Notes: generated by a model from the letters alone, not told the origin. A DNA stretch of 64,000 bases from Thermoflexus hugenholtzii JAD2 (GCA_945903275.1 CAMDNW010000002.1:75829-139828), one strand, 5' to 3'; shown: positions 1 to 10,100, counted from the stretch's first letter. Translations and numbers: made by a program.

Positions 1-1
1 G

Positions 2-1117
2 CTCAGCAGGCAACATAGCGTGCGGTACTTGCAGGGGCGCGGGCACTTCGAGGACCCGAACACGATTCGCGTGCGCACCGACGGCGAAGTCACCGACATC
101 AACTTCGACTACGCGATCATCGCCACCGGCTCCGTACCGGCGATCCCCGCCGCATTGCGCCTCAATTCCCCGTTGGTGATGGACTCTACCGCCGCCCTCG
201 ACCTTCCCGACGTGCCCGGATCGCTGCTCATAGTCGGCGGTGGCTACATCGGCCTCGAACTTGGCTCGGTGTATTCGGCGCTGGGGTCACGAGTCACGGT
301 GGTCGAGATGACCGGCGGGCTGCTGCCGGGGGCAGATCGCGATCTGGTGGAACCACTCGAAAAGCGCCTCCGCTCGCAGTTCGAGGCGATCCTGCTCAAC
401 ACGCGCGTCGCCGAGCTGGCGGAGCAGGACGGCAGGATCCGTGCGCGCCTCTCGGCAGCGGACATCGCCGATCCAGAACGCGACTTCGACCGCGTCCTTG
501 TCGCCGTTGGGCGCGCTCCAAACACGCGCAACCTTGGCCTTGAGCAGACCAGCATTGAAGTCGATTCGCGCGGCTTCATCCACGTCGACCACATGCGCCG
601 CACCGCAGAGCCAACGATCTTCGCCATCGGCGATGTGGCAGGGGAACCGATGCTCGCGCACAAAGCCAACCATGAGGGCCGCGTCGCCGCCGAGGCGATC
701 GCCGGTCAGCCGGCGATCTTCGACCCGGCCGGCATTCCCGCCGTCGTTTTCACTGACCCGGAACTCGCGTGGTGTGGGCTCACGGAGGGGCAGGCACGCG
801 AGCGCGGTATCCCGTTCGAGGTCTCACGGTTTCCGTGGGCTGCCTCGGGCCGCAACATCACGATGGGACGCACCGACGGCCTCACCAAACTGATCATCGA
901 GCCGGGCACCGAGCGCATTCTCGGCATCGGTATCGTCGGTGTGGGCGCGGGTGAGCTGATGGGCGAGGCCACCCTCGCGATCGAGATGGGCACGCGCGTC
1001 ACCGACTTACACCTGACGGTGCATGCACACCCCACGCTTGCCGAGACGCTAATGGAGGCGGGCAGCCTTTACTTTGGCCACTCGCCGCATTACATCGCCC
1101 GCGCGCCGCGTCCGTAG
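2..1117 (+). CDS. lpdA: dihydrolipoyl dehydrogenase (E3 component), 5'-truncated at window edge
   Basis: ORF 20..1117 stays open in frame to the window start. It has the GGGYIGLELG second Rossmann (NAD) motif and the HAHPTLAE C-terminal signature of pyridine-nucleotide disulfide oxidoreductases. Confidence 0.9.
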   Translation, partial: LSRQHSVRYLQGRGHFEDPNTIRVRTDGEVTDINFDYAIIATGSVPAIPAALRLNSPLVMDSTAALDLPDVPGSLLIVGGGYIGLELGSVYSALGSRVTVVEMTGGLLPGADRDLVEPLEKRLRSQFEAILLNTRVAELAEQDGRIRARLSAADIADPERDFDRVLVAVGRAPNTRNLGLEQTSIEVDSRGFIHVDHMRRTAEPTIFAIGDVAGEPMLAHKANHEGRVAAEAIAGQPAIFDPAGIPAVVFTDPELAWCGLTEGQARERGIPFEVSRFPWAASGRNITMGRTDGLTKLIIEPGTERILGIGIVGVGAGELMGEATLAIEMGTRVTDLHLTVHAHPTLAETLMEAGSLYFGHSPHYIARAPRP

Positions 1118-1118
1118 G

Positions 1119-2000
1119 TCAGGCTCGGGGCACGAACTCGAGGGCGGCGCGGCTCTGCTCGCCCGCGTGGTACGACGATCGCACGAGCGGCCCCGCCTCG
1201 ATGTGCACGAAGCCGAGGCGGTTACCGGCTTCAGTGATTGCGGCGAACTCGTCGGGGTGCCAGTAGCGCTCGACGGGGAGATGCTTGGGGGAGGGGCGGA
1301 GGTACTGGCCCACGGTCAATAGGTCGCAGCCGTGCTCGCGCAGATCGGCCATCGTCTGCACGAGTTCCTCGAAAACCTCACCGAGGCCCACCATAACCCC
1401 GGACTTTGTGGTCATCGCCGGGTCGATCTGCTTCACCCGACGGATCAGTTCCAGCGAGCGGGAGTATCGGCCCTTCGGGCGGACGCGGGAGTAGAGGCGT
1501 GGCACGGTTTCAGTGTTGTGATTCAACACCACAGGGCCAGCCTCGACGACGGTGCGGAGTGCGTCCCAGTTGCCCTCGAAGTCAGGGATGAGCACTTCGA
1601 TCTGGCAGGCGGGGGTCTGGCGGCGGATCGCGCGCAGGCAGCTGGCAAAAATGCTCGCGCCGCCGTCATCGATGTCGTCGCGGTTCACCGAGGTGATCAC
1701 CGCGTAGTCGAGTCCTAGGCGCTCCACGGTGCGAGCCACGCGCAGCGGTTCGAGCAGGTCGAGGCCGATCGGGCGACCGGAGGTCACGTCGCAGAAACCG
1801 CAGGCGCGCGTGCAGATGTCGCCGAGGATCATAAACGTCGCGGTACCACTGTTAAAGCACTCGCCGATGTTTGGACAGCGCGCTTCTTCGCAGACGGTGT
1901 GCAAGTCCTGCTCGCGCAGCAGTCGCTTCATCTCCATGAAGCGCTCGCCGCCCGGCCACTTCGCGCGGATCCACTCTGGCTTGCGCTCGTGCACGGTCAT
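1119..2000 (-). CDS. lipA: lipoyl synthase (radical SAM)
   Basis: The translation carries CEEARCPNIGEC (auxiliary cluster) and CTRACGFC (radical-SAM CxxxCxxC) motifs. ATG at 2000 overlaps the lipB stop (ATGA). Confidence 0.92.
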   Translation of the reverse strand: MTVHERKPEWIRAKWPGGERFMEMKRLLREQDLHTVCEEARCPNIGECFNSGTATFMILGDICTRACGFCDVTSGRPIGLDLLEPLRVARTVERLGLDYAVITSVNRDDIDDGGASIFASCLRAIRRQTPACQIEVLIPDFEGNWDALRTVVEAGPVVLNHNTETVPRLYSRVRPKGRYSRSLELIRRVKQIDPAMTTKSGVMVGLGEVFEELVQTMADLREHGCDLLTVGQYLRPSPKHLPVERYWHPDEFAAITEAGNRLGFVHIEAGPLVRSSYHAGEQSRAALEFVPRA

Positions 2001-2668
2001 CGGGCGGCCACTACTTGCGATTCGATACGCGCGGCCTCACACGTGCGCGCGAAGATATCGAGGAACGTGTCTTCCACTGCCTTGTGCGGTGGAGCGTCGC
2101 CGAGTACTTGAGCCATCGAAGTCACGCCTGCGTCGGCGATGCCACAGGGGACGATCGCCTCGAACCATTCGAGATTGGTCGAGACGTTCAGCGCGAAGCC
2201 GTGCGTGCTCACGCCGTCACGGATGCGGACGCCGACCGCGGCGATCTTTGATACGCCGGCTTCCACCCACACTCCGGGGCGTCCGGGCACCCGATCAGCA
2301 TTGATACCGAAGGTAGCGAGCGTCTCGATGACGCATGACTCCAACATGCGGACGTATGTCGCAGCACCGAAGCCCAGGGCGCGTATATCGAGAATCGGGT
2401 AGGCCACGAGTTGGCCGGGGCCGTGGAAGGTCACGTCGCCGCCCCGGTCGGTCTCGACGACCGCCGCGCCGCGCGATGCCAGCCATTGTTCTGAGGCAAG
2501 CACGTGCTCTCGCGACCCTCGCATCCCGAGGGTGTAGACGGGCTCGTGCTGGAGGACGGCAATGGCCTCGGAGGCACCGGAGCGCACCTCGGCGGCGCGG
2601 GCCTGCTGCCATGCAAGGCCCTCGTGGTAGCAGAGGGTACCAAGGCGTTCGATGCGCACCGCTGTCAT
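1997..2668 (-). CDS. lipB: lipoyl(octanoyl) transferase
   Basis: Conserved LipB blocks HEPVYTLG and RGGDVTFHGPGQLVAYPILDI are present. Start chosen at ATG 2668 (MTAVRIERLG); the ORF is open up to 2797, so the N-terminus is uncertain. Confidence 0.85.
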   Translation of the reverse strand: MTAVRIERLGTLCYHEGLAWQQARAAEVRSGASEAIAVLQHEPVYTLGMRGSREHVLASEQWLASRGAAVVETDRGGDVTFHGPGQLVAYPILDIRALGFGAATYVRMLESCVIETLATFGINADRVPGRPGVWVEAGVSKIAAVGVRIRDGVSTHGFALNVSTNLEWFEAIVPCGIADAGVTSMAQVLGDAPPHKAVEDTFLDIFARTCEAARIESQVVAAR

Positions 2669-2714
2669 GCCATCAGTATGCGCGCAGAGGCTCGCTGGCG
2701 CGTCAGCACCACCC

Positions 2715-4187
2715 TTACGGCGTCCAGCGCAATACCGGATGGCGAGCCGCCGCCGTCTCGTCGAGCCGCCCGATCGGAGAACTGACCGGGGCGTCATGGA
2801 GCGCCTCGGGATTTGAGGCCGCTTCCCCCGCGATCGCCACCAGCGCAGCCGCGAGCGCCTCGATGGACTCGCGTGACTCGGTCTCCGTCGGTTCGATCAT
2901 CAGAGCCTCCTCGACGATCAGCGGAAAGTAGACCGTGGGCGGGTGGAAGCCGTAGTCGATCAGGCGCTTGGCGATGTCGTAGGTGCGGATGCCGTGCTCG
3001 CGACGTTGGCGGATGCCAGAGTAGACGACCTCGTGCAGCACGGGGCCGCCGTAGGGGAGATCGAAGTGGTCACGGGTGAGCGCCCGGAGGTAATTGGCGT
3101 TCAGTACCGCATGCTCGGAGACGGCGCGAAGGCCATCGAGGCCGAGGGCGCGGATGTAGGCATACGCGCGGAGCAGCACACCCACGTTGCCGTGGAACTG
3201 CTGCATCTGGCCGATGCTGCGATCCGGACGCGTGAGCACGAAGGCACCGTCAGGTTCCTCGACCACCGGGGCGGGGAGGTAGGGGGCGAGGCCGGGCGCG
3301 CAGAGCACGGGGCCAGCGCCGGGGCCGCCGCCGCCATGCGGTGTGCTGAACGACTTGTGCAGGTTGAGATGAATGACATCGAAGCCAAGGTCGCCAAAGC
3401 GCACGCGACCGAGGACGGCATTGAGGTTCGCACCATCACCGTAGAGGTATGCACCTGCCGCATGCACGTGTTGTGCGACCTGCTCGATGTCGCGCTCCCA
3501 GAGGCCGAGCGTGTTCGGCTCGGTGACCATGACCGCGGCGACGGTCTCGTCGAGTTCGCGGTACAGCACCTCGTGATCCATCGAACCGTCGGGTGCGCTC
3601 GGGATCTGGGTGACGGTGAAGCCCGCCATCGCCGCTGTCGCGGGGTTCGTCCCGTGCGCCGAGTCGGGGACGAGGACGCGGCGGCGGGTGGCAAGGTCGC
3701 CGCGCTCATCGAGCGCACGCTTCACCATCAAGATGCCCGCGAGTTCGCCGTGCGCGCCGGCAGCGGGCGCGAGGCTCACCCCGGCCATGCCAGTAATCGC
3801 GCAGAGCGCCGCCTGTAACTCGAAAAGCGTGCGGAGGGTGCCCTGCACGTCCTCGGCCGGTGCGAGCGGGTGCGCCTCGGCCAGCCCGGGCATCGAGGCG
3901 ATCGCCTCGTTCACCTTCGGGTTGTACTTCATGGTGCAGGATCCGAGCGGGTAGGTGCCGGAGTCGATGCCATAGTTTCGTAGCGAGAGCGCTGTGTAGT
4001 AGCGCACGAGACCGGGCTGACTCATCTCCGGTAGGCGAAGCGAGTCGCGCAACAGCCGCACATCCGGGAGATCCGTCTCGCGGCCGGTGAACCGGGGCAC
4101 ATCGACCGCTCGGCGGCCCGGCTCGCTACGGTCGAACGAAAGTCGTGCGCCGAAGTCCTCTGCACCCACCTGTTGTGCGGCGTTCAT
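2715..4187 (-). CDS. gcvPB: glycine dehydrogenase (decarboxylating) subunit 2 (P-protein C-terminal half)
   Basis: PLP-dependent GcvPB blocks CTMKYNP and NLHKSFSTPHGGGGPG are present. ATG 4187 (MNAAQQVG) overlaps the gcvPA stop (ATGA). The six-frame ORF extends artificially upstream to 4397. Confidence 0.9.
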   Translation of the reverse strand: MNAAQQVGAEDFGARLSFDRSEPGRRAVDVPRFTGRETDLPDVRLLRDSLRLPEMSQPGLVRYYTALSLRNYGIDSGTYPLGSCTMKYNPKVNEAIASMPGLAEAHPLAPAEDVQGTLRTLFELQAALCAITGMAGVSLAPAAGAHGELAGILMVKRALDERGDLATRRRVLVPDSAHGTNPATAAMAGFTVTQIPSAPDGSMDHEVLYRELDETVAAVMVTEPNTLGLWERDIEQVAQHVHAAGAYLYGDGANLNAVLGRVRFGDLGFDVIHLNLHKSFSTPHGGGGPGAGPVLCAPGLAPYLPAPVVEEPDGAFVLTRPDRSIGQMQQFHGNVGVLLRAYAYIRALGLDGLRAVSEHAVLNANYLRALTRDHFDLPYGGPVLHEVVYSGIRQRREHGIRTYDIAKRLIDYGFHPPTVYFPLIVEEALMIEPTETESRESIEALAAALVAIAGEAASNPEALHDAPVSSPIGRLDETAAARHPVLRWTP

Positions 4188-5545
4188 CGCTCGTCTCCGA
4201 TCGCGGCAAGCGCCTCGACGAGTGCGTCGATGTGTTCGGGCGGGGTGGCCTCGGTCACACAGCAGAGGAAGGCATCGCGCGCGGCCTCCTCGCGACGATC
4301 CGAGAGGTCGAGACCGCCGGTGATGCCGCGTGCGGCCAGCCGCGCGAGCAACTCCGAGGCTGGCAACGGCCCGCGCAGCAGGAATTCCTGAAACCACGGG
4401 CCGCGCTCAGGCACCTCGTAGCCGGGGAGCGCGGCGATGCGCACGGCGGCCTCGTGTGCGCGCTGATAGCAGAGGACCGCAGCCTCGCGGAGGCCTCGGG
4501 GGCCAAGGGCCTGCACTGTGATGGTGAAGGCAAGCGCAACGAGCGACTGGCCGGTCGAGACATTCGAGGTCGCGCGTTCGCGGCGGATAAATTGCTCGCG
4601 CGCCTGGAGCGTGAGGACGTAGCCCGTACGCGGCTCGCCGCCGTGCGAGCCGCGCAGTTTCTTCGTACGGCCGACGATGCGGCCGGGCATCTGGCGGAGG
4701 TACTGCTCACGTGCCGCGAAGAGGCCGACCGAAGGGCCGCCGAAGGCTACTGGCCCCGCAAGGTCGCGGCCTTCGCCCGTCACGACATCAGCACCAGCCT
4801 CACCGGGGGCGCGCAGCATGCCGAGGGCGAACGGGTTAGCCATCACGACGCAGAGCGCGCCCTGCGCGTGCGCGGCATCCGCGATGACCTCGATGTCTAC
4901 AATCGTGCCAAGGAAGTCGGGCTGCTGCACGACGACGCAGGCGTGATCTGCGTAGACAGTGTCGAGGCTAGTGATGACATCGACGCGGATATTCGCGCCA
5001 TAGGCATAGGTGCGGACAACATCGACGGTGCCGGGGTGCAACGGTTCCAGCAGGGCGACGGCCGTGCGGCCGGTAGCACGCGCGGCGAGCAGGCAGGCCT
5101 CGGCGGTGGCGGTGGCGTCGTCATAGAGGCCGGTGTTGGAGACATCGAGGCCGGTCAGTTCGCAGACGACCGACTGGTACTCGAACGCTGTTTGGAGCGT
5201 GCCCTGCGAGATTTCCGGCTGGTACGGCGTGTACGCCGTCATGAACTCGGAGCGGCTGACGAGGTATGGCACGATGCTCGGGACCGAGCGGTGGTACGCG
5301 CCTGCACCGAGGAAACTCGGACGTGTGGAGGCGTCGCGGTTCTCGGCACCACGCGCGCGCATCAGCCGCAGCAACTCCGGCTCGGCCAGCGCGGGCAGTA
5401 GATCAATCTTCGGGTCGCGGTAGGCAGCCGGGAGTGCGGCGAACAGATCCTCCGAGGATTGCAGCCCGAGGCGCGCCAGCATCAGCGCCCGATCAGCTTC
5501 GGTATTTGGGATGTACGGGTGTGCCGACCCGCCGTCAGCGACCAT
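4184..5545 (-). CDS. gcvPA: glycine dehydrogenase (decarboxylating) subunit 1 (P-protein N-terminal half)
   Basis: The N-terminus shows the HPYIPNTEADR GcvPA signature. ATG 5545 (MVADGG) was chosen; an alternative GTG lies at 5560. Confidence 0.9.
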   Translation of the reverse strand: MVADGGSAHPYIPNTEADRALMLARLGLQSSEDLFAALPAAYRDPKIDLLPALAEPELLRLMRARGAENRDASTRPSFLGAGAYHRSVPSIVPYLVSRSEFMTAYTPYQPEISQGTLQTAFEYQSVVCELTGLDVSNTGLYDDATATAEACLLAARATGRTAVALLEPLHPGTVDVVRTYAYGANIRVDVITSLDTVYADHACVVVQQPDFLGTIVDIEVIADAAHAQGALCVVMANPFALGMLRAPGEAGADVVTGEGRDLAGPVAFGGPSVGLFAAREQYLRQMPGRIVGRTKKLRGSHGGEPRTGYVLTLQAREQFIRRERATSNVSTGQSLVALAFTITVQALGPRGLREAAVLCYQRAHEAAVRIAALPGYEVPERGPWFQEFLLRGPLPASELLARLAARGITGGLDLSDRREEAARDAFLCCVTEATPPEHIDALVEALAAIGDER

Positions 5546-5587
5546 GAGTCCTCCCCACACGATTGAGACAGCGCGCTGGCGCTTGCC

Positions 5588-5974
5588 TCATGATCCCGGC
5601 GGCAGCGTGGTGCGATACGCCCCGGCGTCCAGCAGCGAGTTGACCGCTGCGGGGTCGTCGAGACGGATCCGTACCATCCAACCGGTGTCGTATGGGGAGT
5701 CGTTCACCAGTTCTGGGTGTTCCGTCAGCACCTCGTTCACGGCGATCACCTCGCCGCCAGCGGGCGCGAACAGTTCTGAGACGGTCTTCACCGATTCGAT
5801 CTCACCGAACGCCGCACCGGCGCTCACGCGCGAGCCGATGGACGGCAACTGCACAAAGACCACGTCGCCGAGTTCGTCCTGCGCGTACTCGGTGATCCCG
5901 ATCACGGCCTCGGCGCCTTCAGCGCGCAGCCACTCGTGTTCGGTCGTGTACCGGCGGTCGCCCGGAATCTCCAT
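5588..5974 (-). CDS. gcvH: glycine cleavage system H protein
   Basis: 128-aa product from ATG 5974 (MEIPGDRRYTTEHEW) with lipoyl-lysine motif EIESVKTVSEL. The six-frame ORF is artificially extended to 6247. Confidence 0.88.
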   Translation of the reverse strand: MEIPGDRRYTTEHEWLRAEGAEAVIGITEYAQDELGDVVFVQLPSIGSRVSAGAAFGEIESVKTVSELFAPAGGEVIAVNEVLTEHPELVNDSPYDTGWMVRIRLDDPAAVNSLLDAGAYRTTLPPGS

Positions 5975-5994
5975 CGGTGTGCTCCTGCGATCGG

Positions 5995-7122
5995 TTAGCC
6001 GCGGCGCGCTGAGCCGTGCACAAACGGGCGTCTGACGACTTCGGCGGGTTCGATGCGCCCGCGAACGTCCACGGCGAGGGAGATGCCGGGCTTCGCGAGT
6101 ACCGAGGGAAGGTAGGCCATCCCTATAGACGTGCGCAACGAGGGGCTGAACGCGCCGCTGGCGAGGACGCCCACGTCCTCGCCAGCGGCGTCGAGCACCG
6201 CAAAGCCGCTGCGGAATACGCCGCCACGCCCGGTCGCTCTGATACAAGCCAGCCGCAGCGGCGGCGGCTCAGCGGCAAATGTCTCGAGGGCGGGCCGTCC
6301 GGTGAAGGGTGCGCCGTCATCGAGAGTCACGGCGAAGCCGAGGCCGGCGGAGTACGGCTCAGTAGTGGGATCGATGTCGTGACCGTGCAGTGGCAGCGCG
6401 GCTTCAAGCCGGAGGGTGTCGCGCGCACCGAGGCCGACGGGGACCACACCCGCCGCAAGGAGCGCGTCCCAGAAGGCGGGGGCGTATTCGGCGGCGATGA
6501 TGCACTCACCGCCGCCCTCGCCGGTATAGCCGGTGCGGGCGAAGAGCACCGTTGTGCCTCGCCACTCGATTTCGAAGCAACCGCGTGGCGCGATCTCGGC
6601 GCATTGCGGGCCGAGGAGTTTCGCCAACAGCGCGGTGGCCTGTGGCCCCTGCACCGCGAGCATCACCGTCTCGCCGGTGACCTCGCGCGCCATGTCGCCG
6701 CAGGCGGCGGCGAGGCGGACGAAGTCGGCTTCGGCACTCGCTGCGTTATGTGCGATGAGCCAGCATTCCTCAGCGACGCGGTAAACGAAGATATCGTCCT
6801 CGATGCCGCCGCCGGCGTTGCAGTAGAGCGAGTAGTGCGACGACCCGATGGGGATCGTGGTGACATCGAAGGTCGTGACGGAGCGGATGCGGCGGCCAGC
6901 CTCGGGACCGATGGCCCAGGCACGACCGAGATGTGAAACATCGAAGACACCGACGCCTGTGCGGACGGCCTCGTGCTCCGCGACGATGCCCGCGTACTGG
7001 AGGGGCATGTCCCAACCGGCGAACGGGGCGAAGCGTGCGCCAGCGGCGACGTGGCGCTCCGCAAGCGCCAGCCGAAGCAGGCCGTCTTTCGCTGGGTTGG
7101 GAATCCCGTTCAGCACCGCCAC
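5995..7122 (-). CDS. gcvT: aminomethyltransferase (glycine cleavage T protein)
   Basis: FAGWDMPLQY and FDVSHLG GcvT blocks are present. GTG start at 7122, with another GTG at 7116. An in-frame TAG 4 codons upstream blocks further extension. Confidence 0.9.
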   Translation of the reverse strand: MAVLNGIPNPAKDGLLRLALAERHVAAGARFAPFAGWDMPLQYAGIVAEHEAVRTGVGVFDVSHLGRAWAIGPEAGRRIRSVTTFDVTTIPIGSSHYSLYCNAGGGIEDDIFVYRVAEECWLIAHNAASAEADFVRLAAACGDMAREVTGETVMLAVQGPQATALLAKLLGPQCAEIAPRGCFEIEWRGTTVLFARTGYTGEGGGECIIAAEYAPAFWDALLAAGVVPVGLGARDTLRLEAALPLHGHDIDPTTEPYSAGLGFAVTLDDGAPFTGRPALETFAAEPPPLRLACIRATGRGGVFRSGFAVLDAAGEDVGVLASGAFSPSLRTSIGMAYLPSVLAKPGISLAVDVRGRIEPAEVVRRPFVHGSARRG

Positions 7123-7188
7123 GGGAGCACTCTACGCGCACCTCCCGAACCGGGCGAGCAACGGCTCCCTAGTCTCCCGGTGGAAACT

Positions 7189-7989
7189 TCAACGCCGAGG
7201 GGAGGATGCCATCTTCGCCCATATCAGGATGCGCGGGTAGGTATAGAGGTAGGGGCGCTGGCCGCCGAGGGCGGCCTCAATGCGCTTCTCGTATTCGGCG
7301 AAGTAGGAGGCGAAGAGTTCGGGGCCGAGGCGGGTTTCGTAGGCGGTGAGGTAAGTGCCTTTGACCCACTCGATGACAGCCTCGTAGCCGGGCATCTCGT
7401 GGGGGTAGATGTTGAGGCGGACGCGCTGCTCGGGGCAGCCGATCTCCCAGAGCATCTCGGAGTAACGGACGGGGCGGAGGACGCGGTCGAAGCCGCGAGT
7501 GTAGCCGCCGAGGGCGCTGGCGTATGGCTCCTCCTCGGCGACGGCCTCGGCGGTGCGGTGGGAGACGTGCTCGTCCTGCATCGGCACCTGCACGGCGAGT
7601 TGGCCGCCGGGGGCGAGGAACGAATACAGCCTCGGGATGAGCGCCTCGTGATCGGGCACCCACTGGAGTGAGGCGTTAGCGAAGATCAGGTCGTAGCGTT
7701 CGGTGGGGTTCCACGCGGCGATGTCGTGCTGCTGGAAGCGGAGGCCGGGCTTCGCCTGCTTGGTGGTGGCGGCCATCATCGTGTCGGAGTTGTCGACGCC
7801 GATGGTCTCGCCTGCCTCGAGGTGCTCGTGGAGCCAAGCGGTGAGGGCGCCGTCGCCGCAGCCGAGATCCACAACGCGCATCCCTGGGCGCGCCTCGACC
7901 ATCGCGGCGAGGTCGTAGAACGGCTGGCTGCGCTCGGCGCGGAAACGCGCGTACTGGTCTGGGTTCCACTGGGCGCCGGTGGTAGTCAT
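7189..7989 (-). CDS. tam: trans-aconitate 2-methyltransferase-like class I SAM methyltransferase
   Basis: The N-terminus has WNPDQYARF and the VVDLGCGDG SAM motif I. Length and block order match Tam. Confidence 0.8.
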   Translation of the reverse strand: MTTTGAQWNPDQYARFRAERSQPFYDLAAMVEARPGMRVVDLGCGDGALTAWLHEHLEAGETIGVDNSDTMMAATTKQAKPGLRFQQHDIAAWNPTERYDLIFANASLQWVPDHEALIPRLYSFLAPGGQLAVQVPMQDEHVSHRTAEAVAEEEPYASALGGYTRGFDRVLRPVRYSEMLWEIGCPEQRVRLNIYPHEMPGYEAVIEWVKGTYLTAYETRLGPELFASYFAEYEKRIEAALGGQRPYLYTYPRILIWAKMASSPRR

Positions 7990-8091
7990 GTCGCCTGCTC
8001 TCGCTGATCCGCTCGCGTCTGCGCATGGTGCCGTCTGCGGCGGATTTGCGCGAGCCTGCCCCCTCTCGCATGGTGCTGGTACTCTCTCGCT

Positions 8092-9051
8092 ATGCCGCTA
8101 CATCCACAGGCGCAGGCCGTCATCGATGCTGAGGCGCGCGCCAGCCTCCCGCCGCTGCACACACTGACCGGCGTGGAGGCGCGCGCACGCTCCGCCGCCC
8201 GCCCGGTCGCCCCGATCTCGACGGGCCTCGATGTACGTTCCGAGGATCGGACAATCCCCGGCCCCGGCGGCAACTCGCTTCCCGTCCGCATCTACACGCC
8301 CAGCAGGGCGAACGAGGCAGCGGACGGCCTACCCGTGCTGGTCTGGTTCCACGGCGGCGGGTGGGTCACGGGCAGTCTCGATAGCAACGACTCGACATGC
8401 GCGCTGCTCGCGCACCACGCCGGCGCGGTAGTCGTCTCGGTGGATTACCGGCTCGCACCGGAGCATCGCTACCCTGCGGCGGCCGAGGACGCATATGCGG
8501 GGACGTTGTGGGTGGCCGAGCACGCCTCGGAGATCGGCGGGAACGGCGACTTTGTGGCAGTCGGGGGCGCATCGGCCGGCGGCAACCTCGCGGCGGCGGT
8601 GACTCAGATGGTGCGCGACCGCGAGGGGCCGCGGCTGATCCACCAGATGCTCGTCTACCCCGTCACCGACTGCGACTTCACCCGCGAGTCATACGAGACG
8701 AACGGCGAAGGCAACGGCCTCACGACTGCCTCGATGGAGTGGTACTGGCAGCAGTACCTCGGTCCGGACGGCGACCGCACCAGCCCGTACGCGGTCGTGA
8801 TGCGGGCCGAAGACTTCGCGGGGCTGCCTCGGGCGCACGTAATCACGGCGGAGTTCGACCCGCTGTGCGGCGAAGGCGAAGAATACGGCCGCCGCCTCGA
8901 AGAATGCGGCGTATTCACGGTGATGACGCGCTACCCCGGAATGATCCACGGCTTCTTCAACATGACGGCCGCCATTGACGACGCCACGAAGGCGATCCGC
9001 GAGGCTGCCGCGCAGTTGCGCATCTCGGTATCGATCGCGGCGGCGAAGTAG
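8092..9051 (+). CDS. alpha/beta hydrolase, hormone-sensitive-lipase family esterase
   Basis: VWFHGGGW oxyanion-hole motif and GASAGGNLA nucleophile elbow (GxSxG). Confidence 0.75.
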   Translation: MPLHPQAQAVIDAEARASLPPLHTLTGVEARARSAARPVAPISTGLDVRSEDRTIPGPGGNSLPVRIYTPSRANEAADGLPVLVWFHGGGWVTGSLDSNDSTCALLAHHAGAVVVSVDYRLAPEHRYPAAAEDAYAGTLWVAEHASEIGGNGDFVAVGGASAGGNLAAAVTQMVRDREGPRLIHQMLVYPVTDCDFTRESYETNGEGNGLTTASMEWYWQQYLGPDGDRTSPYAVVMRAEDFAGLPRAHVITAEFDPLCGEGEEYGRRLEECGVFTVMTRYPGMIHGFFNMTAAIDDATKAIREAAAQLRISVSIAAAK

Positions 9052-9054
9052 GCG

Positions 9055-10017
9055 CTAGCGGCGCGCCTCGCGATCATCGTTCAGGTCGGCGGCCTGCACG
9101 GAGAGCATCGAAATCCTGATTTGCTCCGCGATGTCGGAGACCGCCCCGGGGTTGTTCGGCAGGAAGATCACCGTCGCGCGGTTATTGGCGGCGATCTCCT
9201 TCTGGGTGTCCATCCACTGCACCAACAGCAACTGATCCATCACCAGCCGGTCGTCCAGCGGCTCGCCGGTGGCCTGTCGCATCAACTCGACCGACTCGCG
9301 CAGGCCCGCCGCGATGGCCTTACGCTGGTTCGCCAATCCTTCGCCCTGAAGCCGCTTGCTCTCCGCTTCCGCCTCCGCCTGCTTCACCAGCGTGATGCGG
9401 GCGCCCTCAGCACGCTGTTCTGCCGCCTCGCGCTCGCGTGATGCCGCCTGCACCTCGTTCATCGCGATCTTCACGCGGCTGTCAGGGTTGATGTCGTTCA
9501 CCAGCACGTTGACTATCTTGTAGCCGTACTGATCCATCTTCTCGGTCAACTCGGAGTCGACCGCTGTCGCGATAGAGTCCTTGTTCTCGAAGACTGCCTC
9601 CAGCGTCATGTTCGGCACCTGCGCCCGCACGACATCGAACACGTACGCCTGCACCTGCTGCTGGTGGTCGGTCAACTGGTAGACAGCATCGCGCACCGCA
9701 TCGACTTTCACCTGGTACTGCACCGCAATCGCCAGATTGACGAAGACGTTGTCCTTTGACTTGCTCTCCACTTGCACGTCGAGCTGCTGGACACGCAGGC
9801 TCACTCGCTCGCGGATCACCTCCACAAACGGGATTTTGACGTTCAAGCCTGCCTCAGCGATGCGCACGAACTTGCCGAACCGCTCGATCACCGCCCCGGT
9901 TTGCTGTTCCACCGTGAAGATGGTCATAAACACGAGGAACAGGAACGAGATCACTATCGCTATCAGGAAAAACAGTCCCACAATCGCTCCCGCTGTCGCG
10001 TTAGGATCAGATTCCAC
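9055..10017 (-). CDS. SPFH/band-7 (stomatin/prohibitin-like) membrane protein
   Basis: N-terminal TM segment followed by an SPFH core, then a long Ala/Glu-rich coiled-coil tail (EAEAESKRLQ...). Confidence 0.8.
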   Translation of the reverse strand: MESDPNATAGAIVGLFFLIAIVISFLFLVFMTIFTVEQQTGAVIERFGKFVRIAEAGLNVKIPFVEVIRERVSLRVQQLDVQVESKSKDNVFVNLAIAVQYQVKVDAVRDAVYQLTDHQQQVQAYVFDVVRAQVPNMTLEAVFENKDSIATAVDSELTEKMDQYGYKIVNVLVNDINPDSRVKIAMNEVQAASREREAAEQRAEGARITLVKQAEAEAESKRLQGEGLANQRKAIAAGLRESVELMRQATGEPLDDRLVMDQLLLVQWMDTQKEIAANNRATVIFLPNNPGAVSDIAEQIRISMLSVQAADLNDDREARR

Positions 10018-10100
10018 CTCGTCGACCTTCCGAGCGATGCTGGAGCGCGCGCAAATGCGCCGTATCCTGTGATCACATCGACCAAAGGATAGGCTACCTC

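Noticed and set aside
244-1035. Overlapping ORFs antisense to or out of frame with lpdA (244..669, 287..673, 441..893, 706..1035)
   Set aside because: Typical long spurious ORFs of a high-GC genome. They have no motifs and are fully embedded in a confidently assigned gene. The same reasoning discards other embedded ORFs, including 3101..3718, 13273..14313, 19266..19931, 20320..20721, 33955..35025, 43779..44655, 49930..50862 and 60176..61204.
2943-3818. 291-aa plus-strand ORF inside gcvPB
   Set aside because: It is antisense to a PLP enzyme with clear motifs. Its Arg/Ala/Gly-rich composition is typical of a GC third-position artefact.
7123-7300. Possible glycine riboswitch upstream of gcvT
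   Set aside because: The 66-nt leader and adjacent tam 3' end lack the conserved GGAGAG...ACCGAAGGGGCAA aptamer cores. The GGGAG-containing stem seen is too short and non-canonical.
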